DNA of 64,000 nt, taken from the IMG/VR virus record IMGVR_UViG_3300037361_000044, positions 96,001 through 160,000 of that record; one strand, 5' to 3'. The position numbers were made by a program, and so were the translations under genes. This stretch comes from a virus. Lineage: Duplodnaviria; Caudoviricetes. Below the pieces are notes generated by a model that worked only from the letters and a program-made list of their open reading frames with translations, was not told the origin of the DNA and made no database searches. Positions 27,845-37,114 of this stretch are shown in pieces; the stretch's first letter is position 1, and every line of letters starts with the position of its first letter.

Positions 27845-29307
27845 CTAACCCTCATTCCTCTTGGTACGGATAGGTTCTGCAGGCGGCTCTGCGTGGCCGC
27901 CTGCGTCGTCCTCGCTATCTCGCTCTTTCTGGCCTTGATCGCCGCAGGGTCCTTCGATGAAGGCTTCTTCGAGGGAGGCATGACCCCACCCACGTCCTTC
28001 TCGTTGCTGCGGTCATCGCGCTGCTTGATGTTCAGCGCTTCACGTTCGTCCAAACATTGGATGAAGCTGAAGTCGGTGGCGCACTCGGCAAAGATGCGGC
28101 AGCCGCTGAACTGCCACTCACGAGAACCGCCAACGATAAGACTGGCTATGTCCTTCCCGCCAAACTCTTCCATGCGGTCTTCGTTCACCACACGCATAGC
28201 AGCCGTGGCGTCCTGAGCGATGGCGTCTGAGAATGCGATTTCGTCCAGGTTTGCGTTCTTGTGGCCGGCTGCTGCGCGTGTTGCTTGGATAGTCGCCACC
28301 ACCGGGGTCTCCGTCGCTAGAATCATCTGCCGGATGTCTCTGGAGATGTTCTGCACTCGGAAATTGTCCTTTTGGTTCTTGCCACCCTTGCTGTCGCTCA
28401 GCAGGTACATACCGTCAATGAACACAATGTCGGGCTTGTACTTGTCTACTTTGGCCTGTAGCCAATCAACTGTGTCTCCTCCGCCTCTACTGTCCTTTCC
28501 GTCCAGGGCTATCATGTTCTGGTGGTCGCGGACGTCTTTTGCAGCCTCCACGATCTGCTGCAGGGTTTCTCGCTCATCCACGGACAGCTCACCTTTACGT
28601 AGCCGTTGGTACTGGACCTGGGCCATGCACGCGCCTACGCGTTTGAATAGGTTGTCTCCTGTCATCTCTTTGGTGTAGATGAGCGGGCGCTTCCCTTGAA
28701 GAAACATGCAGGCTATGAAGTAAGCCAACATCCAGGACTTCTTACTCTTGGGCCTTCCGTAGAACACAATGTAGTCGTCGCTCTGCACCCCTTGCGTTGC
28801 GTCGTTGAATGGCTCCCACGGCCACTTGGCGATGGATAGGTCTTCACCCAGCGCCTTGCGGTCGTGGTCTATCAGTGAGCGGGATAGGGACTCTGCGAAG
28901 CTGACGTCGTTTCTTTGCCCATACCCTACAGCCAGGATGTTGCGCTGTATGCGCTCCATGGCAGCAATAGCAATCTCCATGGGATCGCCTACGCCCGTGG
29001 CTATCTGACGCACCACGGTCTGCAGCTCGAGCTTGTGCTTCTGCTGGCGTACCTGTTTGCATAGCGCCTCCAGGGACATCGTCTGGTCGCTGCAGAACAC
29101 GAAGTCGGGGTACAGGTTCCTGATAGCGTTCGTACCCAGCATTGACCTCTTGAATTGCGGGTCACGCAGCGCATACATCATTCCATCAAAGATGGCGTGC
29201 CCCTCGTCCGTGATGAAGTCGTCTTCTCTGATGCCCCAGTTCAGTGCCTCATTGAGCTCGCCATGTTCAATGATGTGGCTGAGTAGTTGCATTTCGGCGT
29301 TAGCCAA
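27841..29307 (-). CDS. dnaB: DnaB-like replicative helicase
   Basis: Walker A variant GRPKSKKS, EM, VFIDGMY, QATR, SDAIAQDA. Confidence 0.85.
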   Translation of the reverse strand: MANAEMQLLSHIIEHGELNEALNWGIREDDFITDEGHAIFDGMMYALRDPQFKRSMLGTNAIRNLYPDFVFCSDQTMSLEALCKQVRQQKHKLELQTVVRQIATGVGDPMEIAIAAMERIQRNILAVGYGQRNDVSFAESLSRSLIDHDRKALGEDLSIAKWPWEPFNDATQGVQSDDYIVFYGRPKSKKSWMLAYFIACMFLQGKRPLIYTKEMTGDNLFKRVGACMAQVQYQRLRKGELSVDERETLQQIVEAAKDVRDHQNMIALDGKDSRGGGDTVDWLQAKVDKYKPDIVFIDGMYLLSDSKGGKNQKDNFRVQNISRDIRQMILATETPVVATIQATRAAAGHKNANLDEIAFSDAIAQDATAAMRVVNEDRMEEFGGKDIASLIVGGSREWQFSGCRIFAECATDFSFIQCLDEREALNIKQRDDRSNEKDVGGVMPPSKKPSSKDPAAIKARKSEIARTTQAATQSRLQNLSVPRGMRVR

Positions 29308-29334
29308 AGTTCGGTGCTCCTTGCCCGGGTGGTG

Positions 29335-29374
29335 AAAAAGGGGGGAGCCATGCTGTGTCCCAGCATGGCTCCCG
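29335..29374 (-). terminator. Rho-independent terminator
   Basis: 12-bp perfect stem GGAGCCATGCTG/CAGCATGGCTCC followed by C/T-tract on the - strand. Confidence 0.6.
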
Positions 29375-29441
29375 TCAATGAGTCCTGTCAGACCCCAATA
29401 CCTTGTGGTGGGTACCCTGACAGGTCACCACGTCTTGGGGG

Positions 29442-29780
29442 TTATACCGAGGGCGCCTCGGTGGCTGTACCTGCGTGTTCCCCGATCCCACCAGGGTCGG
29501 GTGGGAAGAGCGGCCCGCCGGAAGACGCCACAGCCCCGGCTCCTTCCGTTTCGAACACCAGGCTGGCCAGGTCCTGCTCCATGCTTGCCCGCAGCTCCTC
29601 GAGTAGCGCCAGCGTGGTTGGAGACCAGTGTGAGCACGTGGTTCTACCGTAGGTCGACCCAGTTCTGGTATCGATGAAGGCACCGTGGCCGACCAGCGAG
29701 TGCCCTCGGTTGGCGAAGTTGATCTCCTCCATCTCCAGCAACGTCACAGCATTGAATCTAGGTGAGCCTTCTACCGGCAT
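29442..29780 (-). CDS. Hypothetical protein
   Basis: ATG after GGAGG; fits the operon packing. Confidence 0.5.
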   Translation of the reverse strand: MPVEGSPRFNAVTLLEMEEINFANRGHSLVGHGAFIDTRTGSTYGRTTCSHWSPTTLALLEELRASMEQDLASLVFETEGAGAVASSGGPLFPPDPGGIGEHAGTATEAPSV

Positions 29781-29781
29781 G

Positions 29782-30114
29782 TCACCCTCCCTGTCTGGCG
29801 GTCTCTTGTTCCGCCGCCGCTTGTAGTTCCGCACAGAGTTCGTTCCAGCCGTCGGTCATCAGCTCGTGCGCCTTGTAGAACGCCAGCTCCCCTGCCTTGT
29901 TGATGGCAGTTTCACTTTGGTCACAAGCCAGGGAGACGTTCGCCGATACTTTGACTGCACCGAAGTCGGAGCTTTGCGACACGCTGATGCTGACCCGCGC
30001 AGGCTGCAGCTCTTTGTTGGACCAGAGCGCTGTGAATTTGTCCTCTGTCAGTTGTCCTCTGGTGCCGCTTTTACCTTTGGCCTTGGGCGTGCGCTCAGTC
30101 GTGAAGTCGTTCAT
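29782..30114 (-). CDS. Hypothetical protein
   Basis: ATGA coupling with the upstream gene. Confidence 0.55.
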   Translation of the reverse strand: MNDFTTERTPKAKGKSGTRGQLTEDKFTALWSNKELQPARVSISVSQSSDFGAVKVSANVSLACDQSETAINKAGELAFYKAHELMTDGWNELCAELQAAAEQETARQGG

Positions 30115-30572
30115 AGGATGATCTTCTTCGGTATGTGGTACGTGCGCGCTGTGGTTTGAAACTCCGCCAAGCATTCTTGCGGAATCTTGCCACTGGCGAT
30201 GGCTGCTTCGACGCGGTTCTTGTCCACGGCGTATACCGTCTTCTTGGAGACAGAGCCACCGCACTGCAGAAAGAGCTCTTCACCAAGCTCTTCGTACATC
30301 TTATCTGCGTCGTTGTTGATCTTGGTACTGTAGTTGTCGAAGGGGCCGCAGGAGATGCCCTTCAAGCGTACTACCTTCTCGGCAGCCTCCAGGGCAGTGT
30401 TGTGCTGCTCCACCAGGTCGTCGAACTGACGGAACACGTCGGGATTGTCTACCCGCAGAGCCATGAGTTGTTCCTGGACGTCCAGGTAGGCACTCACTTC
30501 GGGTATGGCTTCGGCTGGCAGCCGAGCTCCGTTTTCTACGGCCGGTGTGGTCTTCTTCTTTTTAGCCGCCAT
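30111..30572 (-). CDS. Hypothetical protein (MAAKKKK start)
   Basis: ATG after GAGGAG. Confidence 0.55.
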   Translation of the reverse strand: MAAKKKKTTPAVENGARLPAEAIPEVSAYLDVQEQLMALRVDNPDVFRQFDDLVEQHNTALEAAEKVVRLKGISCGPFDNYSTKINNDADKMYEELGEELFLQCGGSVSKKTVYAVDKNRVEAAIASGKIPQECLAEFQTTARTYHIPKKIIL

Positions 30573-31407
30573 CTTCAGGCTCCTCTTCTTCCTCGTTACG
30601 TAGGTCGGGGTCGGTGTAGTAGGTGGGCACAATGCCCGTCACTTCCTCATGGTAGCGCCGGTACATCGCTCTGGCACGCTTTAGGTCCTCGGACAGCCTG
30701 TCGAAGCTATTGCCACGCCCGTAGTCCAAGATCGAATTGTTGGCGTCCTCTGGGTCTACCGTCGGTATCATGTGGTACCCAACAGGGAATGGCTCTACTG
30801 GCCGTTGCCACACGCCCTTGAACTTACGCTTCCAGACTTGCTTCTTCGCGGATAGCGACGGGACGAATCCAACCCCGGGGACTGTGATCATCATGGACTT
30901 GACCATGTTGCTCAGCTTTACCGAAGCTCCGGCTAGCGCCGAGGCTGCATGCTGGCCTAGCGCCACAATCACCACAGGGTCGACTATGTAGACCTCCTCG
31001 ATGAGCCGCTGTCGACAGGCCGTCATCTGCGGAATGTTGGGTGGCTGATCCGCCAGCATGGGTCCTTGGTCTTCGCCACGCCAGTTGGTCCGTCGGCGCT
31101 CCTGCATCTTGTCGTCCAGCATCGGAGCACAGCTTCGGCACGCTACCAAGTTGGTGTAGTAGGCTGGCTGGATCTGCAGCTGACGGACCATCTTCAGCAG
31201 TAACTGCCCTCCGGAGCTAGAGAAAAGGCCACGCTCTTGCTCATCCCTGGAGTTAGGAGCGGAGCCGATGAACATGATGCCGTTTGGGTCTCCACCACCT
31301 AGCAACACCGGCAGGTTTATGGGGCGGTACATGTGAAGGTCACATGCGCTGCAGCCGTCCCATTCTGCCGCTAGTTCTTCCATGGTTTTTCGTGCGTCTG
31401 TAGGCAA
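30562..31407 (-). CDS. Family-4 uracil-DNA glycosylase-like protein (divergent catalytic motifs)
   Basis: CSACDL, MFIGSAP, TNLVACR, C...L..E...VDP.VIVALG..A. Confidence 0.7.
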   Translation of the reverse strand: MPTDARKTMEELAAEWDGCSACDLHMYRPINLPVLLGGGDPNGIMFIGSAPNSRDEQERGLFSSSGGQLLLKMVRQLQIQPAYYTNLVACRSCAPMLDDKMQERRRTNWRGEDQGPMLADQPPNIPQMTACRQRLIEEVYIVDPVVIVALGQHAASALAGASVKLSNMVKSMMITVPGVGFVPSLSAKKQVWKRKFKGVWQRPVEPFPVGYHMIPTVDPEDANNSILDYGRGNSFDRLSEDLKRARAMYRRYHEEVTGIVPTYYTDPDLRNEEEEEPEDGG

Positions 31408-31408
31408 G

Positions 31409-34180
31409 CTATCCTCCTGTGCGTGGTGTCCTTATCCCCACCGTCGACCCTTGTCTGCGGGATAGAGACGGGTGGTCTACCTGCAGGTACTTGAATGGGC
31501 CGCCTTCATCCACGGGCCAATCCCTGAGGTGTCTTCGTAGTTTCATGCACTGCCCTATCAGTGGCCCAACATTGTCCTCCAAGAAAACCAGCTCAGAGTT
31601 GTGCTTGTCTCTTGGGCGCCCCATCACCTGCTGCAAGACGTTCTTGTCCGACATGGGCTCGCACACAACGATGGCTGACAGCTTCTTATCGTCCAACCCC
31701 TCTCTGCCGTACTTCATAATGGCAAAGATGACTTGGCGCTCTGCCAGCATGCGCATGCGGTCTGCAGGTTTTACTGCCTCCGTGAATAGTCCGGCATCAC
31801 TCTTCTTGCCCAGCAGTTCTAGCAGGAAGGCGCGCTGCCTACGCCTGTACTCCTTCTCTGTCTTCTTCCAGACCTCGTACTGGTCCAGCATCTGCTGATA
31901 CTTCTCTTCACGTGCGGTGAACGCTTCACGTTTGTTCTGTGGCAGGCTCTTGGTCAACGCTAGGTTCCTGCGAATCTCCTTCAGGGTGGCGGTGACTTTC
32001 TTGACGTAGGCGCTGCTGAGCTGAAGGGGTTGCAACGCCTCCCCGACCTCCTCAGGCGCTGGGTACGGCAGGTCCGTGTAGAGCGGGGTATTCGGATCCT
32101 TTGCTGTCCACAGGGTCATCAAGTTGATAACCTCGTCCACTGAGTAGGAGAGCACAATCACCTTGTGCCCCATACCGGTCAGGCGTTGCACCTCGGGTAT
32201 TACAACCGTGGTCATGCGCGTACGGTTGGAACCGAAGTACCCAGCCAACTTGCCAAGATGTACTTCCCCAGTCGTGTCGAGGATGGCGGCCTTCGTGGTA
32301 GGGTCTTCCATGTCCGGCTTGAACCCCGTCCACTTGAAGACGATCTTCGGTGGGTGGTCTTGCACCACGTCTTTGAAGATGATGTCACCCATGTGGTGCT
32401 GGCAAATGACCTGAGTGCCGTCAGTTCGGTCAGGCGTAGCGGTGAGCGCCAGACGGTAGCCGTAAAAAAGAGGAGCAGACTTCGAGAACGTAGGCGCGTT
32501 CACGTGATGCCCCTCATCCCAGATGCTTAGGCCAAACTTGCGACGGCACGCTTCCGGCATGGAATCTGCCCAGTTCGCCAAGGTCTGGTAGGTGGCCATG
32601 ACCACGCTCTTGTTCCAGTCCTTGGTTGAGCCCTGTATCAGACCAACACCGCCGGGCACCTCAAGGTGCCGTTCAATCTCCTGCATCCACTGGTGCAGTA
32701 GATGCGTGTTGTCTACCGCGATTAGCACAGGTACTTGCATCAGCGCTGCCAGGTGCAGCGCCACGACCGTGTTGTGCGTAACTATGAAATTCTCAGTTAC
32801 GTATAAAGAGTCCGCCGCCAGCACAGATATGCAGACGCACTCGGCAGTACCTGCGTAGCTTACCTGCTTTATGTACTGCCTGGTGTAGCGTCCATTGCCC
32901 CAGCGTGGGTGCGTTATGTGCAGCCTTACTGATGGTGCTCCTGCTTTCTTTTCTCCTTTGTAAGTGTAGTAGGTTTGTCTTCTCTCCTGGTGTACTCGGC
33001 ACCCTAAGGACCGCGCCAAGCAAGTCACATCCTCGGCCAATTGCTTTGATGATGTTGAGTATGTACGCCCACAGCTGGTGATGGACCCGTCCGTTACCAG
33101 GAGCCCGTCAAGCAGTGCCCACCTGTCCTTGACCTTCGCTAGCAGTAAAGGTTTTGGTATGAACTTGTGCAGAGAATCCACGCCCACTAGGCCGTACCGA
33201 GTCAATGCATCCCAGAGAGGGCTCTTGGCATCTCGCGCAAAGCGCACCATTGTGGTCAGGTTTTTGTTTCTGGCTGTCGCCGGTAGCAGGTCGGCCGCGT
33301 CTCCTGCCCTTTTGAGGGCCTTGAGTAACTTGTTGTGCAGCGCCCTATTTCCCTTGTCGATTTGTATGCGCCGTGCGCCGTTGTAGACAGCCGAGTGCCC
33401 ATCGCCCAAATAGACGCCAAGCACCCACGCGTCGTACAGACTGGGTGGGCCATCGAACTCAATTTCGCCGACACGAGGAATGGAGTGGTTAGCGCCCGCC
33501 TTAGTCGTCAAGGTTTTCTGGATCTCTCGAGTGGTTCTTACTACGCCTGGTATTCCTTTTCTTCTGTCCGACGGGGTTTGGGTTAGCCAGAGATGGTCGT
33601 TACAGCACTTGGTGCACGTACCGTCGTCCATCACAACCCTGTAGGTACGTAGCTTGCCCTGAGGGTACACGCCGGTTACGTGGACAGGCTTCCCGCTTGC
33701 GCCGATAACTAAGTCACCTGTCCGCAGGCCACCAATGGGTCTCCAGCCGGCTGGTGTGAGTACCGGTGTGTCTACTGGTTGCGCCTTACCCTTCCCACAA
33801 GCCAACTGCAGAGTTCCGCCCATGGCTAGTAAAAGAGCGCCTATGGCGTCACGTTGGATGGTCTTGCCCGTTGGCTGCAGGATGCCACCAGGTCCCGGCT
33901 TGTAGTCGAGATGTACTTTGCTTACAACCCCGGTTCTTTCGTAGAACTGCGGTCGGCAATCAACGCATTCGAACGTTAGTTCTTCTGGCTTCCAGAACGC
34001 GCGAGGTACCACCAGGTGGTGCTCCGACTCCTCCCAGAGTCGGAGACACCCAATAGTATTGCGGTCAGGAAGCTCGAATTCTAGCGCGCGCTTGACTCCA
34101 TCCACGTTTATCAGGGACTTCGGCACGTGTAGCATCGTGTCGATGTATCCCCTTGTTGGATCGCGCTTGACGAGCTTCAT
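31409..34180 (-). CDS. Superfamily 2 (DExH, XPB/UvsW-like) helicase containing an intein
   Basis: Walker A CGKGK|T split by the intein; DEGHH; LTATPDR.DG; EGLD; QVMGR. Confidence 0.85.
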   Translation of the reverse strand: MKLVKRDPTRGYIDTMLHVPKSLINVDGVKRALEFELPDRNTIGCLRLWEESEHHLVVPRAFWKPEELTFECVDCRPQFYERTGVVSKVHLDYKPGPGGILQPTGKTIQRDAIGALLLAMGGTLQLACGKGKAQPVDTPVLTPAGWRPIGGLRTGDLVIGASGKPVHVTGVYPQGKLRTYRVVMDDGTCTKCCNDHLWLTQTPSDRRKGIPGVVRTTREIQKTLTTKAGANHSIPRVGEIEFDGPPSLYDAWVLGVYLGDGHSAVYNGARRIQIDKGNRALHNKLLKALKRAGDAADLLPATARNKNLTTMVRFARDAKSPLWDALTRYGLVGVDSLHKFIPKPLLLAKVKDRWALLDGLLVTDGSITSCGRTYSTSSKQLAEDVTCLARSLGCRVHQERRQTYYTYKGEKKAGAPSVRLHITHPRWGNGRYTRQYIKQVSYAGTAECVCISVLAADSLYVTENFIVTHNTVVALHLAALMQVPVLIAVDNTHLLHQWMQEIERHLEVPGGVGLIQGSTKDWNKSVVMATYQTLANWADSMPEACRRKFGLSIWDEGHHVNAPTFSKSAPLFYGYRLALTATPDRTDGTQVICQHHMGDIIFKDVVQDHPPKIVFKWTGFKPDMEDPTTKAAILDTTGEVHLGKLAGYFGSNRTRMTTVVIPEVQRLTGMGHKVIVLSYSVDEVINLMTLWTAKDPNTPLYTDLPYPAPEEVGEALQPLQLSSAYVKKVTATLKEIRRNLALTKSLPQNKREAFTAREEKYQQMLDQYEVWKKTEKEYRRRQRAFLLELLGKKSDAGLFTEAVKPADRMRMLAERQVIFAIMKYGREGLDDKKLSAIVVCEPMSDKNVLQQVMGRPRDKHNSELVFLEDNVGPLIGQCMKLRRHLRDWPVDEGGPFKYLQVDHPSLSRRQGSTVGIRTPRTGG
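31431..31440 (-). promoter_or_regulatory. GATAAG-type motif (TGGGGATAAG)
   Basis: Upstream of the UDG-like gene and separate from its AGGAGG SD. Confidence 0.4.
32771..33784 (-). mobile_element. Class 3 intein (338 aa) with LAGLIDADG homing endonuclease
   Basis: Starts AQPVDTPVLTPAGW and ends IVTHN/T; LGVYLGDG and LDGLLVTDG motifs; W(B12), C(F4), T(G5). Confidence 0.9.
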
Positions 34181-34190
34181 CCTGGTTCTC

Positions 34191-34739
34191 CTATTCTTCT
34201 CGTTTGCCGAACGGCTCTACATCGAAGAAGTGCGCAAGTGTATGTCCGAACGACTTACCCATGGAGCGTGTAATCTCTGTGCCCAGTCTCCGCAACAGCC
34301 CTTGCCCAGTCGCGGGCTCACGGACTGTTAGGTACTGCGGCATTGAGTAGTTCACGGGCACCAGCTGGGCAAGCCCTCCCTGCGGATGGTACTGGCTCGG
34401 TGCCGCGTGCACCGGCGGGTATCCTTGGGTCTGCTGCCCGGGGTACATGGGAGGCCTGTACGGTTGGGCGGCTGTTACGTTGGGTTGCGTGAACGTGGTT
34501 GGTGGCGCCTGTGGTCGGTACAAGCTACTGGCTGGTACAACAGCCTGGCCGGCATGCTGCCGGTTGGCTTGGCAGCGGGTCGAGCAGGCGGACACCATGT
34601 CACAGGCGGGGCGCACATGCCCCCCATCCTCGTCGGTAAAGGCTGCGTCATTCCCCCCGACGCACTCTGGAGCGTTTCTGTCGAACTGCAGCCCGTAGCA
34701 ATTTGGCACAGTTTTCGTTGTTTGGTTCGTTTTCAGCAA
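34191..34739 (-). CDS. Hypothetical protein, Cys-rich N-terminus and Pro/Gln-rich linker
   Basis: TTG start after GAGGAGG; CYG....C...C...C..C. Confidence 0.5.
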   Translation of the reverse strand: MLKTNQTTKTVPNCYGLQFDRNAPECVGGNDAAFTDEDGGHVRPACDMVSACSTRCQANRQHAGQAVVPASSLYRPQAPPTTFTQPNVTAAQPYRPPMYPGQQTQGYPPVHAAPSQYHPQGGLAQLVPVNYSMPQYLTVREPATGQGLLRRLGTEITRSMGKSFGHTLAHFFDVEPFGKREE

Positions 34740-34850
34740 GGATCCTCCTCGTAGCCGTAGGTACGCTTCATGCTCCAATTCTCTTTTCCCCTTTCTGCCT
34801 CGTCGTTTGCAGCTTGTTCCGCTAAGTAACCCCATCTAGTATTCTTGTCG

Positions 34851-34859
34851 TGCTACAAC
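34851..34859 (+). promoter_or_regulatory. Extended -10-like element (TGCTACAAC)
   Basis: In the divergent gap upstream of the head operon. Confidence 0.3.
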
Positions 34860-34875
34860 GCATGGAGAGGCATCG

Positions 34876-36321
34876 ATGAAAACCGCCGGACTCATACTGG
34901 ACCTGTACGACAACCCGAAAGACCTCAGCAGCATCTACCTCACTCTGGATGAGGTTCCCGAGATGGTGAAGTCGGCTCAGGTTCTCAGCTCTGTGGAGCT
35001 GGACCAACTGCCAGACACCGCTTTTGCTTTGGTGCTGATGGAGGGTGAGTCACGTCTTCGCAAGTACGCTTGCATTGATGGTGGCGGCACCGAGGTGAAC
35101 GTGCAGTACTTCCTGCTACACGGACACAAGCTGCCTGAAGAGGCGCAGAAGACTGCTGCGGCGAACTTGATTACAGCTTGTGGTTGGTATGGCATCGAGC
35201 CGCCGCCCGAGCTGGAGAAGATCGCACTGGGTTTGAATGGCTTGATGACGGCGGCGATGGCGCCTTCGTTGCTGAAGGGCACGCACCAGCAGATCAGCAC
35301 AAACATGGCTGGGGCATCTGCTGGAGGAGGTCGTGTTATGCCGCTGTTGGAGCAGCAAACGCTAGGGCGCATGGCGAAGAGTGCGGAGGCTTCGGGTACG
35401 GCGCTGATGCCGAGCCAGGATGCCGGGGATTTGGGGGCAGCCGTTGCTCGAGGGCGTCCTGGCACCACAAACACCAGCGCCCAGAAGTCAGCAAGTACAG
35501 GGCACCTTGTTCCTGGCCACAATGGCGAGAAGGGCGACGTGCTTGAGCAGGCGTTTGGTGTTGCTGGCACGCAGTACCAAAAGGCACCACAGACACCGGT
35601 GCAGGCGCTGCGGCCGCATGTGGATGTCACTGGCAAGCAGCCACCGAAGAAGTTGGAGACCAAGATGGCTTCCGTCTACGCCTACGAGAACGTATTTCCA
35701 CTCGATGACTACGCGCAGGTGAAGCAAGCTTCCGCGTACTTTGATGCCAACTTGCCAGCAATGCCCCCGTCGATGCGACACGAGTTTGCTGTACACATGG
35801 TGGGTAGGGCTTCCGAGTTAGGCATAGAGTTCAGCAAGGAAGCTGCGGCGTACGGCTCTACGGAATTTGCCGAAGATGAGCAGCTTCAAGCAGCCTTGGA
35901 CATGCGCCGCCCGTTCCTGTCGAAGGAAGCCTCCGCCGCGGTGGACGAGCTCTACGCGCAACGTGCGGCACTGGGTCCAGCGATGTACTGCGAGCTGTTG
36001 GAGGGGATCGATAAGGTTGCTGAGATCGAGTGGCGGTACGACCGCGCCATCTTGGACCCTTACGCCTCCACGTTTGGCGTGAAGGTGGCGGAAGCTCACG
36101 AGACTTGGACGCACGCAAACGACTACGTCACCAAGAAGCAGATGGAAAGCTTTGCTGTCACTGCCGCGTTGGCCCTTCGGGATGACTACGGCGATGACTT
36201 CGTGAAGGATTTCCAGAAGGACCCGTGGGGGATCTTCAACTCGTTACCACTTCCGCAGAAGGTTCGTATCGCTCGCCGCGCCAGCGATAACAGCGCCACG
36301 GGCATGCACGATGTCCAGTAA
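34876..36321 (+). CDS. Head-module protein rich in K-x-A motifs
   Basis: About 12 KxA motifs; LPD.AFALV and FPLD...QV..A..YF segments; upstream of the portal gene. Confidence 0.6.
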   Translation: MKTAGLILDLYDNPKDLSSIYLTLDEVPEMVKSAQVLSSVELDQLPDTAFALVLMEGESRLRKYACIDGGGTEVNVQYFLLHGHKLPEEAQKTAAANLITACGWYGIEPPPELEKIALGLNGLMTAAMAPSLLKGTHQQISTNMAGASAGGGRVMPLLEQQTLGRMAKSAEASGTALMPSQDAGDLGAAVARGRPGTTNTSAQKSASTGHLVPGHNGEKGDVLEQAFGVAGTQYQKAPQTPVQALRPHVDVTGKQPPKKLETKMASVYAYENVFPLDDYAQVKQASAYFDANLPAMPPSMRHEFAVHMVGRASELGIEFSKEAAAYGSTEFAEDEQLQAALDMRRPFLSKEASAAVDELYAQRAALGPAMYCELLEGIDKVAEIEWRYDRAILDPYASTFGVKVAEAHETWTHANDYVTKKQMESFAVTAALALRDDYGDDFVKDFQKDPWGIFNSLPLPQKVRIARRASDNSATGMHDVQ

Positions 36322-37114
36322 AGAAGAGCTGTTCGATAGGATCCTCGCTAGCGTCAAGTCCAGGCAGCCCAAGCTACCGCTGGACGAGGAGCCCACAGCC
36401 GTAGTTGAGACCGCTCAGGGCGATGAGTCCGCCGCAGGCTTGCCCGCACCCCGCGAGGAGCAGTACAAGACGGCAGCGGCCACTCCGGAGAACTTCCTGC
36501 GGAATACCGAGACGCATCCCATCATCCTGGACCTGGTTCTGCTGAACAAGTACGGGGTTGATTGGTTGGGGTGGGAGCCTGAGACCTTGGTGGCAAAGCT
36601 CCAAGAGGACTTCCACACGTTCACGGTGGCCGACGTCAACATTGAGAAGATGCAGGCGTGCAAGGTGCTGCACCTGGTTGACGACTTTTGGTTGCGTTGG
36701 GAGGTGTTTCTCCCCTGCGTGGCAGCCTTCAACGGGCACCTGGCGGACTTCGACAACATGCAGGTGCCGACTGTGGCCGAGTGTATGTTGGCCGTAGATA
36801 TTGCCAACCGTATCCGTGACGACGTGCAATGGAGCGGTGAGCTCAAGACGTACTTGGCGGTGGTCCACAAGCATGACAGCGAGTTGGTGCCGCAGGCGCC
36901 CCTCGAGTTCGTGACGGTGGATACGGACGACCTGCACGTCGACTGTGAGGAGGTACGCCGCAGGTGGCCGGAAGTTAGGGCGAAGGGCCAGCTTCCGTCA
37001 GGTGCTAGTATCGAGGACGAGCAGCTGCGAAAGATGCTCGGCTCCTGGGTGTACCTGGAAGCCATGCGTACTCGTCTTCAATCTCAACTTCTGACGGTGT
37101 TGAAGCATGTTTGA
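36311..37114 (+). CDS. Head-module hypothetical protein
   Basis: Coupled to its neighbours; W..WEPETL motif. Confidence 0.55.
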   Translation: MSSKEELFDRILASVKSRQPKLPLDEEPTAVVETAQGDESAAGLPAPREEQYKTAAATPENFLRNTETHPIILDLVLLNKYGVDWLGWEPETLVAKLQEDFHTFTVADVNIEKMQACKVLHLVDDFWLRWEVFLPCVAAFNGHLADFDNMQVPTVAECMLAVDIANRIRDDVQWSGELKTYLAVVHKHDSELVPQAPLEFVTVDTDDLHVDCEEVRRRWPEVRAKGQLPSGASIEDEQLRKMLGSWVYLEAMRTRLQSQLLTVLKHV

